In this document: in pieces, positions 17,821 to 30,693 of the stretch
Position numbering within the stretch: the stretch's first letter is position 1
How the letters are laid out: every line of letters starts with the position of its first letter
Assembly (NCBI GenBank): GCA_016845825.1
Contig: JAERSJ010000108.1
Location: 1-47,174, forward strand
Origin: Methanobacteriota archaeon
GTDB lineage: Archaea > Thermoplasmatota > Poseidoniia > MGIII > CG-Epi1
Direction: 5' to 3'
Length of the DNA: 47,174 bases
The notes under the pieces: generated by a model
Databases searched by the model: none
What the model saw: the letters and a program-made list of their open reading frames with translations, nothing else
What the model was told of the DNA's origin: nothing
Translations under genes and position numbers: made by a program

Positions 17821-18699
17821 TTAAATCCGCCACATTGATGGGTTAATCATATTACAATCACAAACAGCAAAATTTTCGTAATCAATCGAGATGGATGGAG
17901 CCCGCAGAGAATCGAGGGTATCAGCTAACTGGCGCCGATCTTGGACTCCAAAAATAACAGCATCTACCTCTTCCACCTGTTTAACGTAGTTTAAAGCTCC
18001 CTCAACCTGGCTCAATCCAGCATTTTTGAGAAACTCTGTATATTTGGCAATAAGAGGCTTTATTGGATCGAAATAAGAGTTTATATCGATATCCTGCATG
18101 AGTAAAAGACCTTGCAGGAAAACTGACCGAGCATGAAGCTCAACACCTTGCTTTTTTAAAATTTTCAGTAGACCTGATTTGTCAAATGTCTGATCAAAGA
18201 CATTAAGAGGGAACTGCAGCACACCTATTGGGTATTTAGCACAAACTTGCTCAGCTTCTTCGACGGTATAAACAGAGACACCAATCTTCTTGGCTAAACC
18301 AGAATCTTTAATTCCCTGCAAAGCTCTATATATTTCCTCACCGTCTTGACCTGCAATATCCTTCAAATTATGAATTAAAAGCACATCAACTGCACTACGT
18401 TTCATTTTTTTTAAGGACTTTTTAAGCTCACTATTAATTAATCTGATATTTCCCTTAACGCAATTTTCTGGTTTTGTATGTGTAATCTTAGTAATAAGTC
18501 CAAATGCCTTTGTTAATTCGCACATTTCTCCAATTCTAATTTCTGAATCCCCATAAACATTGGCTGTATCAAGATACTGAACTCCATATTTCCTAGCATA
18601 GTCCAAAATTCTGGAAAGTTCGTCATCGCTAATCTCCCCACCGCTGTTGGATACCCCATAATCTAACCCAAACTGAGCAGTTCCTAAGATATATTTCAT
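17821..18699 (-). CDS. Aldo/keto reductase
   Basis: MKYILGTAQFGLDYG.. N-terminus, ..YLDTANVYGDSE.., typical of the AKR superfamily. Confidence 0.8.
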   Translation of the reverse strand: MKYILGTAQFGLDYGVSNSGGEISDDELSRILDYARKYGVQYLDTANVYGDSEIRIGEMCELTKAFGLITKITHTKPENCVKGNIRLINSELKKSLKKMKRSAVDVLLIHNLKDIAGQDGEEIYRALQGIKDSGLAKKIGVSVYTVEEAEQVCAKYPIGVLQFPLNVFDQTFDKSGLLKILKKQGVELHARSVFLQGLLLMQDIDINSYFDPIKPLIAKYTEFLKNAGLSQVEGALNYVKQVEEVDAVIFGVQDRRQLADTLDSLRAPSISIDYENFAVCDCNMINPSMWRI

Positions 18700-18704
18700 A
18701 TTTG

Positions 18705-19862
18705 TCAGCTAAAGAAATTAATAGTTTGTTTTAAAATTTTTGCCTGTTTTTCAGCATCACTCCAGATCCAGTAATTGGTTTTGAACTGTAAGAGCGTTTT
18801 TTGGAGCTCCTCTGCGACCGGACAATTTGGATTCTCATCTTTGTCATCAAGATTTTTATAAAAAGGCTCTTGGTAAGTTAACTTCCATGGCGCATAGATA
18901 CCATCTCCGCCAAAATCTTGATATTTATTTCTAAAAGTTAGCCAATCAATGTCTTCATGCGTGAGCTTCACCACGAACGTCCAATAGCTATTTACACAAT
19001 GTTCAGGCGTAAACTGAGATTCTAACCATTTGGTATCTTTCACTACCTCTAAAAATAAGTTAGCAACATCAATTCTGCGTGATACTAATTCATCGACTCG
19101 CTCAATCTGCCCTAATGCTACAGCTGCACAAAGTTCTGGCATACGATAGTTAAAGCCTGGGGAGACATGCCGAAAGTAGTGGGGCGATTGAATATCATTT
19201 TTTGTAATTTTTCCTTTACCTGATGAAACTCCAGAATAACCTAAACTACTTATTCGTCGAACGGCCAGAGCAAGCTGCTCATCATCAGTTATGACTATGC
19301 CTCCTTCTCCAGCTGTTAAATGTTTAGAACTTTGAAAGCTGAAACTAGCTGCGTGCCCAAGAGTACCCGCAAGTTTATCTTTATAATAACTCAACATAGT
19401 TTCAGCATTATCTTCTAGTACGAATAATCCAAATTCATCAGCCAAATCCATTATGTCAGTCATTTCCGGACTTAAACCGTAAAGCGCAACCGTAATAATT
19501 GCTTTTGTTTTAGGTGTAATCTTATCTTTTATGCTTTTGGGATCTATTTGGAATGATTTAGCATCCACATCTGCATAAACTGGAGTAGCTCCAACTTGAA
19601 GCACTGCAAAAGTTGTACTGGCCATTGTTAGTGGTGGAACTATGACTTCATCACCTTTTCTAATGCCTGCTGCAAGTAAAATTGTATGCATGGTTGCAGT
19701 TCCATTTACAAAGGTCACTGCATACTTTGTACCATAGCGAGCTGCAAAAGCTTTTTCTAGCCGGGTATTCATCTTACTTCCAGATGAAGTCGCAAACTGA
19801 CCATCAAGAACCTCATTTACGTAAGCTCTTTCTTTCTCCGAAATTCTATTAATATTCTTCAT
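18705..19862 (-). CDS. DegT/DnrJ/EryC1/StrS PLP-dependent sugar aminotransferase (PseC-like position)
   Basis: GDEVIVPPLTMASTTFAV, and SFQSSKHLTAGEGG with the PLP lysine. Immediately downstream of PseB. Confidence 0.8.
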   Translation of the reverse strand: MKNINRISEKERAYVNEVLDGQFATSSGSKMNTRLEKAFAARYGTKYAVTFVNGTATMHTILLAAGIRKGDEVIVPPLTMASTTFAVLQVGATPVYADVDAKSFQIDPKSIKDKITPKTKAIITVALYGLSPEMTDIMDLADEFGLFVLEDNAETMLSYYKDKLAGTLGHAASFSFQSSKHLTAGEGGIVITDDEQLALAVRRISSLGYSGVSSGKGKITKNDIQSPHYFRHVSPGFNYRMPELCAAVALGQIERVDELVSRRIDVANLFLEVVKDTKWLESQFTPEHCVNSYWTFVVKLTHEDIDWLTFRNKYQDFGGDGIYAPWKLTYQEPFYKNLDDKDENPNCPVAEELQKTLLQFKTNYWIWSDAEKQAKILKQTINFFS

Positions 19863-19937
19863 TTAATTCCTATTGATGATAAGGGTTGACACAAGGATGG
19901 TGAGAAAGATTTCAATGTAATCTTTAACTGAAATCAG

Positions 19938-22690
<2,753 letters not shown>

Positions 22691-22766
22691 AGAAAGTGCT
22701 TACTTTGTACTTCACTTAAATAAAAAATTAAAAATACCCATCAAAAACAGTCTTAAACTTTACTCA

Positions 22767-23894
22767 TTAAGTTAACTTTGAAGTAAAATTAGTTTTATTT
22801 TCCAACGGCGTCGTTTTAGGTCTTCCGATATCAGATCTAAATCCTTTTTTAACTCTAATTTCAAAAAATATTGGACCTTTGAGGCTCTCTATTCTTATTA
22901 GCGTTTCTAAAATAGCTTCTTCAGTTTCACATGAAAATACATACGGATAACCTGAGCTCTTCGCTATCGCACTTAACTCAATATCAAGTCCTGCGGTATC
23001 CTGACCACCCACTGAGTCATGGGCTCCGTTGTTTAACACAATATGTATCAGATTCTGCGGCTTAATCGTGCCGATAAGAGGGATTGCTCCCATCTGCATA
23101 ATAATTGCACCATCTCCATCTAAGCATATAACACGTCTGCTAGGTTGATTTAGCGCTAAACCTAGGGCAATTTGATTTGCATGCCCCATTCCCCCAACAA
23201 CCAAAAAATCGTGCGAGTGGTCTTTGCATGTATTACTACGATATTCATATAACTCTCTCGAAGTCAGACCAGTTGTCGCCACAATTAATTCATCATTCCA
23301 ATGGCTTGCGACTAACTGGATTGCTTTTTCCCTTGTTAACTCATACTCCGACTCATAACTTTGCTTAGGAGCATATTTCTCAAAGAAATCTTTTTTAACA
23401 ACTAAAGCATGCACACGACTCTCAGATCTAGCAGACGCAGCACAGTGACTAACTGCATCCAGTACCTCAGTTTTAGACATATCGTTACTTAAAATAGTAT
23501 ATGGCACCTCCATAGTACTAAGGAGCTCCAAAGTGACTCTACCTTGCTTTTTATGCTGCGGCTCATCAGAGACTCCCGGCTCTCCTCGCCAACCAATGAG
23601 CAAAATCGCAGGTGTCGCATACACTTCTGTGTCTGTAAGAGATAGTAATGGATTAACAAGGTTCCCAAGGCCCGAATTTTGTAAGTAGACTAAAGGTACT
23701 TGGCCAGTACCCAAATGGTATCCCATTGCCAAAGCCAATGCCCCTCCTTCATTTGCTGCAATAATATGATTTTCGCTAGACACATTGTCATCAACATAAT
23801 AGCAAAAGTTCTTTAACAGAGAGTCAGGGACACCACTATAAAAAGTTACACCACACTTTACTAATTTGTCATGAAATAACTGAGGACTAAACAA
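22767..23894 (-). CDS. Phosphonopyruvate decarboxylase (ThDP-dependent)
   Basis: N-terminus ..LVKCGVTFYSGVPDSLLK.. and ThDP motif LDGDGAIIMQMG...LNNGAHDS. TTG start with AAGGAG 9 nt upstream. Confidence 0.8.
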   Translation of the reverse strand: MFSPQLFHDKLVKCGVTFYSGVPDSLLKNFCYYVDDNVSSENHIIAANEGGALALAMGYHLGTGQVPLVYLQNSGLGNLVNPLLSLTDTEVYATPAILLIGWRGEPGVSDEPQHKKQGRVTLELLSTMEVPYTILSNDMSKTEVLDAVSHCAASARSESRVHALVVKKDFFEKYAPKQSYESEYELTREKAIQLVASHWNDELIVATTGLTSRELYEYRSNTCKDHSHDFLVVGGMGHANQIALGLALNQPSRRVICLDGDGAIIMQMGAIPLIGTIKPQNLIHIVLNNGAHDSVGGQDTAGLDIELSAIAKSSGYPYVFSCETEEAILETLIRIESLKGPIFFEIRVKKGFRSDIGRPKTTPLENKTNFTSKLT

Positions 23895-23936
23895 ACTCTA
23901 AATCTCCTTATTTATCATAAATTTTAAAAATAAATG

Positions 23937-24812
23937 CTAATTTTCTGAGACTTCAGATAGCTCTGAAATTAGCTCCAAAATACCTTGGCCAATATCAATA
24001 TATTCACTCGAGATAAGCTTAGTGGAACTCTTCGGTACATATTGGTAAGGGGTGAGCTTGTAATGGGCATGACTAGTCATGGACTCTGGATTAAATGAAA
24101 TAGATACGTCAGTCCCTAAAATCTCTTTAATCATTTTAAGGAGTTCTGATTGCGTCAATACTTGTATTCCAGTTAAGGTAATGGCTTTGGACAAATACGC
24201 AGAGCTTAAAAGATCTACGCTCATTCGAGCGGCGTCGACTACGTTGATATACTCTCTTTTTTCTTCTCCAGTACCACCAAACTCTATCTTATTATTGTTT
24301 ATCATTTCACTTACAATTCTTCTCAAACCGTTCCATGACTGAGCTCTGGGTCCATACAACGAACCAAATCTAAGTATTGTGTACTGCAAAGCCTTTTGCT
24401 CATGAAAGACCTCAATTAACGTTTCAACTGCCTGTTTAGACGCTCTATAAAATGAGCCGTGCTTGCTATACACATACATAGTAGAGCCGTACATTAACCT
24501 GACCGAATGCTTAGCACATAGGTCAATAACCTTTGCGCTACCCATTATATTATCCGAAATTGTGACTAATGGATCAGCCTCAGCTTTTGCTATATCTGCG
24601 ACACCCGCCATGTGGTATACAACATCAGACTTTTTGATTTCTCTCTCAAGTGAACACTCATCGGATATATTCCCAACCACAACTATTTGGGAGCTACTTG
24701 CCCAAACAGATGGTTTAATATCAAATATTGTTACGGTGTGATTGGCTGCTGACAGCGCATCCGCAATATGACTACCTAGAAATCCAGATCCACCTATCAC
24801 TAGAACATTCAT
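23937..24812 (-). CDS. NAD-dependent epimerase/dehydratase family SDR
   Basis: VIGGSGFLGSHI and YRASKQAVE (YxxxK). Confidence 0.8.
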   Translation of the reverse strand: MNVLVIGGSGFLGSHIADALSAANHTVTIFDIKPSVWASSSQIVVVGNISDECSLEREIKKSDVVYHMAGVADIAKAEADPLVTISDNIMGSAKVIDLCAKHSVRLMYGSTMYVYSKHGSFYRASKQAVETLIEVFHEQKALQYTILRFGSLYGPRAQSWNGLRRIVSEMINNNKIEFGGTGEEKREYINVVDAARMSVDLLSSAYLSKAITLTGIQVLTQSELLKMIKEILGTDVSISFNPESMTSHAHYKLTPYQYVPKSSTKLISSEYIDIGQGILELISELSEVSEN

Positions 24813-24872
24813 AGAGATTACAACCTATTTTCTATCATTCATTGAACCGAAAATTTTAGCCTTCAAACAACC

Positions 24873-26414
24873 CTACCGGGATGATTTTTTTTGATTTGCG
24901 ATGTGACTACCCAGTCTTAAAGACAAGGCAATAATAGTATATGTTGGATTAACGATAGAGGAGGAAGGAAATACAGAACTACCCGAAATAAAAAGATTGC
25001 TTAACCCAAAGATCTTTAAATTAGAGTCAACAACACCATGCTCCAGACACTTAGCCATCCTTGTAGTGCCAATATGATGGTTAACTGGATCGTCCTGCTT
25101 AAATATCTCTTTACTTTGCAGACCTTGTGAAATCCTACAAATTCCAACATTGGTTAGCATTGCTTCTCTACCAACAGCCTTAGCTGCCTCAAAAACTGTT
25201 TTCATTTCTCGATCACTTACTGAATCCCAAAAAATCTCTACCTTGCTCCTACCATGGCGATCCTTATCTTTCGAAAGCTTAATATAGTTGCTCATCCTTG
25301 GCTCCTGCTCTACAGAAATATGCAGATCCCAGAGTTTTGAATCGAGCCGACCTCCCACCAACTTACACCAAGCTTTGTTAGAATAATTCATTAATAATTC
25401 AATATTATTCTTCAGAGCTGCATACGTGGATGCATTTTCTTTAATCACCTTAACATCAGTTGACGGCGATAAATGAATATTGTGTCTTAGCGCATTAATT
25501 TTAGAACGCTCAGATGTATTCATTTCAAAACCAAAATCCCAGCCTAAATTATCGCCAATATTCTCACATTTAGTTAGAAAACCCTCTTTAGTCAGAGTCG
25601 CTGCACCCCTAAAAGCTGGATGACTCATAAAGCAAGCTCCAACAAATTTATTGTTCTTGATCTCTGTACTAATTGATGAATCTAGTAAAACTCTTGGATT
25701 CTCGATCGCCCCAGCGCAGAGTACAAAAGTTTTCGCTCTAACATTAACTTCTTTGCCGGAGAAGGACTTAATCACTACATATTCCACTATATCTTTTTCT
25801 GACTGTACTATATTGGTGACAGTAGCATTAGTTAGAAAAGTACAGTTTTTGTCTTTAAACAAAACATCCTGATATAAATTGCTTAGATCACGATTTTTAC
25901 TCGAAGATCGTTGGTACTGAACCCCACGTAAAATTCCTTTGGTTCCAGCAAAGCTACTAAAACTTTCAGCTAACTGGGACGCTTCCCTCCAATCCTCCGT
26001 AAAAAACTTTTCGTAGCTAATTCCAAGAACTGAAGCCGCTTCCTTATAGTATTTTTCGATATCGCCATAGCTGATTGGCCACCCTTTAAAATCACCCCCC
26101 ACCCCGCCATCAAATTCTTCTGGATCAAAAGGTCTGCAAACTCCAGCCCATAATTTCCCAGCTCCACCAACACACCGCAGCCGTGAATTTACTAAATCTA
26201 ATCTTCTTGGTCCTATGCTATACCCTTCATTTAACTCCCTAAACTGCTGATTGGGATTGACCTCACCAGATTCCAATATTATAAACTTTATGCCTTTATT
26301 AATCAGTTTGGATGCAACAGCCAAGCCAGCTGGACCAGAACCGACAATACATACATCGTACTCACCAAGCTTATCAATATTGTCCAAGTCTTCATGCATA
26401 ATACTGACTCGCAC
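24873..26414 (-). CDS. GMC-family FAD-dependent oxidoreductase
   Basis: DVCIVGSGPAGLAVA FAD motif; C-terminal HHIGTTRMA ... ISGSSVFPSS. The true start may be the internal Met (MHEDLDN). Confidence 0.85.
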   Translation of the reverse strand: MRVSIMHEDLDNIDKLGEYDVCIVGSGPAGLAVASKLINKGIKFIILESGEVNPNQQFRELNEGYSIGPRRLDLVNSRLRCVGGAGKLWAGVCRPFDPEEFDGGVGGDFKGWPISYGDIEKYYKEAASVLGISYEKFFTEDWREASQLAESFSSFAGTKGILRGVQYQRSSSKNRDLSNLYQDVLFKDKNCTFLTNATVTNIVQSEKDIVEYVVIKSFSGKEVNVRAKTFVLCAGAIENPRVLLDSSISTEIKNNKFVGACFMSHPAFRGAATLTKEGFLTKCENIGDNLGWDFGFEMNTSERSKINALRHNIHLSPSTDVKVIKENASTYAALKNNIELLMNYSNKAWCKLVGGRLDSKLWDLHISVEQEPRMSNYIKLSKDKDRHGRSKVEIFWDSVSDREMKTVFEAAKAVGREAMLTNVGICRISQGLQSKEIFKQDDPVNHHIGTTRMAKCLEHGVVDSNLKIFGLSNLFISGSSVFPSSSIVNPTYTIIALSLRLGSHIANQKKSSR

Positions 26415-26709
26415 AATAAAGCTTAAATTCAGTTTCAGACAATACTATACCCTCAATAAGCGCCACTCTATTTTCAACATAATCTAACTCTATCTGGCCT
26501 AATAAATATTCTGAGAACTCTCTAGAATTTGATATGTTCGGCATACTTCTAATCCATTGATCTACAAAAGTTATCTCCATTCGGCTTAGATCTTCAAAAG
26601 GATTTACAATTTGACTTAGAAATAGGTCGATACTGTAGTTCTGAGATCTAATATTGCCTAAAGGAGCAAGTAAAACTAAGGCCAATGAGACAAACTTTCT
26701 TCGATTCAT
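26392..26709 (-). CDS. Small protein with twin-arginine-like signal; possible small subunit for the GMC dehydrogenase (gluconate 2-dehydrogenase subunit-3-like role)
   Basis: MNRRKFVSLALVLLAPLGNIRS has RRxF followed by a hydrophobic core. Overlaps the GMC gene start by up to 23 nt. Confidence 0.4.
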   Translation of the reverse strand: MNRRKFVSLALVLLAPLGNIRSQNYSIDLFLSQIVNPFEDLSRMEITFVDQWIRSMPNISNSREFSEYLLGQIELDYVENRVALIEGIVLSETEFKLYCASQYYA

Positions 26710-26722
26710 ATTGCTCTCATAA

Positions 26723-28027
26723 TCAGAGATTAATCGCTATTCTATCAGTGATCGCTAAAGCATCAGAATGGATCTCTCCAAAATGACAAATCACGGAACC
26801 TGTCAATTCTGAGCGAGGTGAATATAGAACAATATTAGAATCAAGCGGAATTACTTCACCTTCTAAATAAGTACATAACAATGGTTGATTACCAGCACGG
26901 ACGAGGTTCGGCCACGTGTTTAAAACTTTGTTTTTACTATTTATCACACGCTGTCTAAGTTTATCATGATGATTCATTACTCCAAAAAGAGATGCTATCG
27001 CATGATATGGACCGGTCACCATCTTTTTCAATTGAGTCTCGATATTAAAATAAAAATACTTGGATGATTCTGGCACTAAGTGCCTCTTATGAGCCACAAA
27101 GCATGCTCCAGTTAAACCGAACAATCCTTTGCAGGAACTAAATGCCATAACATCTGCCAAATCATGGTCGTCTTCCAACCCAATTGAACCTGTAGCATCG
27201 ACGTATAACTTCGCCCCACAATCATCTGCCTTAGCTTTTATAACGGTTAAATTCACCTTAAACGCTATTGAGGTCTCCGTATATGCACACAGAATCCAAT
27301 CAAAATTGCCTTCGATGTCTAGAATTTCGTCATAGCTACAAATTGTTACCTCACAACCACTAGGCAAAAGTCTTTGCAGTCGGGCACTGTAATAACCTGT
27401 TGAAATGAGCAGTACTTTTCCTTTGACAAAAGTGTGCGCTGCCAACTCTAGAGCAAATGTAGCCGAACCCTGTGCCACAACCAACTCGTCTTGACCACTT
27501 AACCGTTTTATCCACTCACTCACTTTCTCAATAATATTAGTGAATTCTCTATCACCACGACCAAATATTGGCTTTAAATACTGCAAGTTCTCTTGCAGAA
27601 CTACTGCCGGACCGGGAGTAAGCATCAGCTTTCCATTATTGATGTCCGTTATTGTTCGCTGCACCAAATATCTTATTTCAGAACTACTAACTCCTTCAGT
27701 ACGCGGCAGTATTTTCAACTTTGTTTTGTCTATTGAGTTTACGTTATCATCACCATGAACTAGAAGGTCAATATCGTGGCTGTCTAAAACACTTTCATTT
27801 ATAAGCCAAGGTGTAGCAACAACTTCATCGACATATGTTATTGATTCTAATATTTCCTTACGAAACTCAAAAGCTAGCTCAGGCTTGTAATGTTTTTTAG
27901 ACTCAATTTCATCATCAGTAGTGAGCCCAACAATAACTGAGCCATATTCCGACGCCTTTTTAAGCAACCGTATATGCCCGTGATGTATGAGCGTAGCCGA
28001 CATATCTACCATAATACGCTTAGTCAT
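26723..28027 (-). CDS. Fusion: N-terminal HxGH cytidylyltransferase domain + class V aminotransferase (2-aminoethylphosphonate:pyruvate transaminase-like)
   Basis: LIHHGHIRLL and RTEGVSSSEIR (TagD-type CT motifs) in the first ~125 aa, then MLTPGP and FSSCKGL (PLP Lys) in the aminotransferase part. Confidence 0.75.
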   Translation of the reverse strand: MTKRIMVDMSATLIHHGHIRLLKKASEYGSVIVGLTTDDEIESKKHYKPELAFEFRKEILESITYVDEVVATPWLINESVLDSHDIDLLVHGDDNVNSIDKTKLKILPRTEGVSSSEIRYLVQRTITDINNGKLMLTPGPAVVLQENLQYLKPIFGRGDREFTNIIEKVSEWIKRLSGQDELVVAQGSATFALELAAHTFVKGKVLLISTGYYSARLQRLLPSGCEVTICSYDEILDIEGNFDWILCAYTETSIAFKVNLTVIKAKADDCGAKLYVDATGSIGLEDDHDLADVMAFSSCKGLFGLTGACFVAHKRHLVPESSKYFYFNIETQLKKMVTGPYHAIASLFGVMNHHDKLRQRVINSKNKVLNTWPNLVRAGNQPLLCTYLEGEVIPLDSNIVLYSPRSELTGSVICHFGEIHSDALAITDRIAINL

Positions 28028-28034
28028 TTATAAG

Positions 28035-29333
28035 TTACCTTGTTCCTGGAATAATTTCTAAAATCTCTTTGATTGACATACAATCAGGCTCTGCTTGCTG
28101 ACTCCTTCCGTTAACCAATATGGATTTTGCAACTTTTAACATAGCCGGATAAGCTGATCTAAGCATATGATTGGCTGAAATCACAACATTCACGCCAAGA
28201 TCAATGAACTCATCAACGGTTACTGAATTAAAGCTAGTAGGGACAACAACCACAGGACTTTTCTTATCTGAAGCTCTAAATTTTGTCATGAATTCTATAA
28301 TTTCAGCCGGATCCTTGTGTCGAGAGTGGATCATAATTCCGTCCGCACCCGCCTTTAAATATTCATGAGCTCTCATTAACGCATCCTCCATCCCAGCCTC
28401 TAAAATAAGGGACTCTACTCGAGCGATAATCATGAAGTCGTCACTAACTTGAGCTGCCTTACCCGCCTTTATTTTAAGACAAAAGTTCTCAACAGAGTCT
28501 TGAGTCTGTTTGACCTCGTTACCGAATAGTGAATTTTTCTTTAACCCTTTTTTATCCTCAATAACGACAGCACTCACTCCAGTCCTCTCTAAACTTTTGA
28601 CTGTGAACTCGAAATGCTCGAGCTTCCCTCCAGTATCTCCATCAAATATCATTGGTTTAGTCGTAACTTCAAAAATTTCGTTTACCGCACCAAGCCGAGC
28701 GGTGATGTCCACAGCCTCAATATCTGGCTTACCTTTTGATGTTGAGTCAGTCAACGAGCTTGACCAAACCCCGTCGAAGCTTATTTTTTCGCCATTTTTA
28801 ACTACCACAGTATTTTCCGCAATCAAAGCGCTCAACGCATTGTGAGCTTCCAAGATGAGCACAATGTCTTTAGTTTGAATAAGACTCTTCAAACGTTGTA
28901 ATCGCGTGGCGGTGGTCACTCCCAACTTCATTAATTGATTTTTTATATTCTGATCGCTAATTTCAGAGCTATATGCTGGCTCTATTAATTCGCCACCCCA
29001 CTGGTCTAACAAATCAAGTACTTCTTGCCTATATTTGGACTGATCTCCTTCAATCCAATCATCTCCATGCACAACATAGGCTGGCTTAATATTTAATAGA
29101 TTTTCACGGTAGCTTGCAGTTTGTTGGGGTACCACCTGTGACACCATTGACAGATTCTGAATTACACCCAATCTTTGGTTGTATTTTAGATATGCAGAAT
29201 CCCCTAACTCATTAATCGCAGTGGATGTTAGTAGCCCTACAACAACATCCCCGTACATACTGGCTTCCTTTAGAATAGCTATATGGCCAACATGAAGTAA
29301 ATCCGCAATTAACGACACGTATACTTTTTTCAT
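28035..29333 (-). CDS. pepM: Fusion: N-terminal HxGH cytidylyltransferase domain + phosphoenolpyruvate phosphomutase (Fom1-like architecture)
   Basis: LLHVGHIAIL in the first ~130 aa. The PEP mutase hallmark EDKxxxxxNS is present as VIEDKKGLKKNSL. Confidence 0.85.
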   Translation of the reverse strand: MKKVYVSLIADLLHVGHIAILKEASMYGDVVVGLLTSTAINELGDSAYLKYNQRLGVIQNLSMVSQVVPQQTASYRENLLNIKPAYVVHGDDWIEGDQSKYRQEVLDLLDQWGGELIEPAYSSEISDQNIKNQLMKLGVTTATRLQRLKSLIQTKDIVLILEAHNALSALIAENTVVVKNGEKISFDGVWSSSLTDSTSKGKPDIEAVDITARLGAVNEIFEVTTKPMIFDGDTGGKLEHFEFTVKSLERTGVSAVVIEDKKGLKKNSLFGNEVKQTQDSVENFCLKIKAGKAAQVSDDFMIIARVESLILEAGMEDALMRAHEYLKAGADGIMIHSRHKDPAEIIEFMTKFRASDKKSPVVVVPTSFNSVTVDEFIDLGVNVVISANHMLRSAYPAMLKVAKSILVNGRSQQAEPDCMSIKEILEIIPGTR

Positions 29334-29393
29334 AAAACTTTAATTCCTATCTAACAGTAACATTGAATCAACCAGATGACCTTGACAATCGAA

Positions 29394-30680
29394 TTACAAT
29401 ATAACCTTATTAGAGATTAATATTCGATAATAAATCAAATACAGCCACCACAAATTAAAAATAGAACTAAACATCAAAAACAACAGCGCTGAAACAGCAT
29501 AAGAATCTACAACTACTGTCGAACTGTCTCTGTTAAAAAATAGCCGCTTTGCTGAACGAAATTGGGCGTGGAACACACATAATACAAAAAACAAACCCAT
29601 GGCTCCGAAAGGAATCAAAAAATCTACATAAGTATTATGGGGACTAAGTTTCCAACCCCTCCCAACCTTAATTTGGAAACTCTTAATCTCTTTAGCTAAT
29701 AAACTATTTAAATCGCCATCTTTAGTGTCACCATCTGAAAATTTAGCTTTAATAGTATTTTCATTCATGAGGAACGTCTGACTACCCGGGCCCGCACCAA
29801 AAGGAAAAACCTCTTGGAATAACTCATAGGAACGTATACTTATAGTTATCCTATGAAGCGTAGACTTATATGAATCAAAACTCCCAGACACAATATTTTG
29901 ATATTGCGCAATAGCGAAAAACAAAGTAGCGGGCAGAAGTAACGTTAGAACAATGGATTTTCTAAAATTGAATTCAAAGGGTGACGCACCAAAACCAGTT
30001 CGAAACCAAAGGATTGCTAGAATGATTAATAGCGAGCCAATACTCGTCCTATCTCCGGTCGCAACTATTCCAACCACAAACAAAAGTACTGCGGCAAAAA
30101 GCTTTGCTGGAGTAGCTTTCGGATTTAATAAAACATGAGCAACGAAGCCTGCAATTATAAGCTGCCCAGTAATGATATATGAATTGATACCCCCATTGTA
30201 TCTATTTCCAGATAGAGCATCTGATGATAAAAAACTCCAACCCAATGGCATCATCAAGAAATACAAAAGAGATCCAAATACAATAACGTATGAGAAATTT
30301 TTTATAATTGAAACACTCTTGATTATTCGGTCAATCGGACTAATTATTATGGCTATAGATGCAGTTATTATCGATAGAAACTTAGCGAAACTAGCCATAC
30401 TCCACCAAGAAGAACTCTCCTTGGAGAAAATTTCTACCTCAAAAAGCAAGAAGATAAATGATGCATAAGTTAACAGTGCAAAATGGAGTAAAAACACGCT
30501 CTTGTTCGCAGAATTTAAACCATGCCCTGAAGCCAGTCTTGAGACTATATAAAAACTGCCATACGTCAAAAACAGCGTATAGGTAAAGTACAAAGGCAAT
30601 CCAAAATTCGTTAAAAACAGGTTGCTAAAGTATATTATTACAAAGACTGGTGCTCCTGAGAGCCCCGATAGTTTTACCAT
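29394..30680 (-). CDS. O-antigen polymerase/ligase family (Wzy_C-type) polytopic membrane protein
   Basis: About 10 hydrophobic segments, ATGDRTSIGSLL, and a loop followed by SPHNTYVDFLIPFGAMG. Confidence 0.7.
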   Translation of the reverse strand: MVKLSGLSGAPVFVIIYFSNLFLTNFGLPLYFTYTLFLTYGSFYIVSRLASGHGLNSANKSVFLLHFALLTYASFIFLLFEVEIFSKESSSWWSMASFAKFLSIITASIAIIISPIDRIIKSVSIIKNFSYVIVFGSLLYFLMMPLGWSFLSSDALSGNRYNGGINSYIITGQLIIAGFVAHVLLNPKATPAKLFAAVLLFVVGIVATGDRTSIGSLLIILAILWFRTGFGASPFEFNFRKSIVLTLLLPATLFFAIAQYQNIVSGSFDSYKSTLHRITISIRSYELFQEVFPFGAGPGSQTFLMNENTIKAKFSDGDTKDGDLNSLLAKEIKSFQIKVGRGWKLSPHNTYVDFLIPFGAMGLFFVLCVFHAQFRSAKRLFFNRDSSTVVVDSYAVSALLFLMFSSIFNLWWLYLIYYRILISNKVIL

Positions 30681-30693
30681 ACGTTCTTACAGA

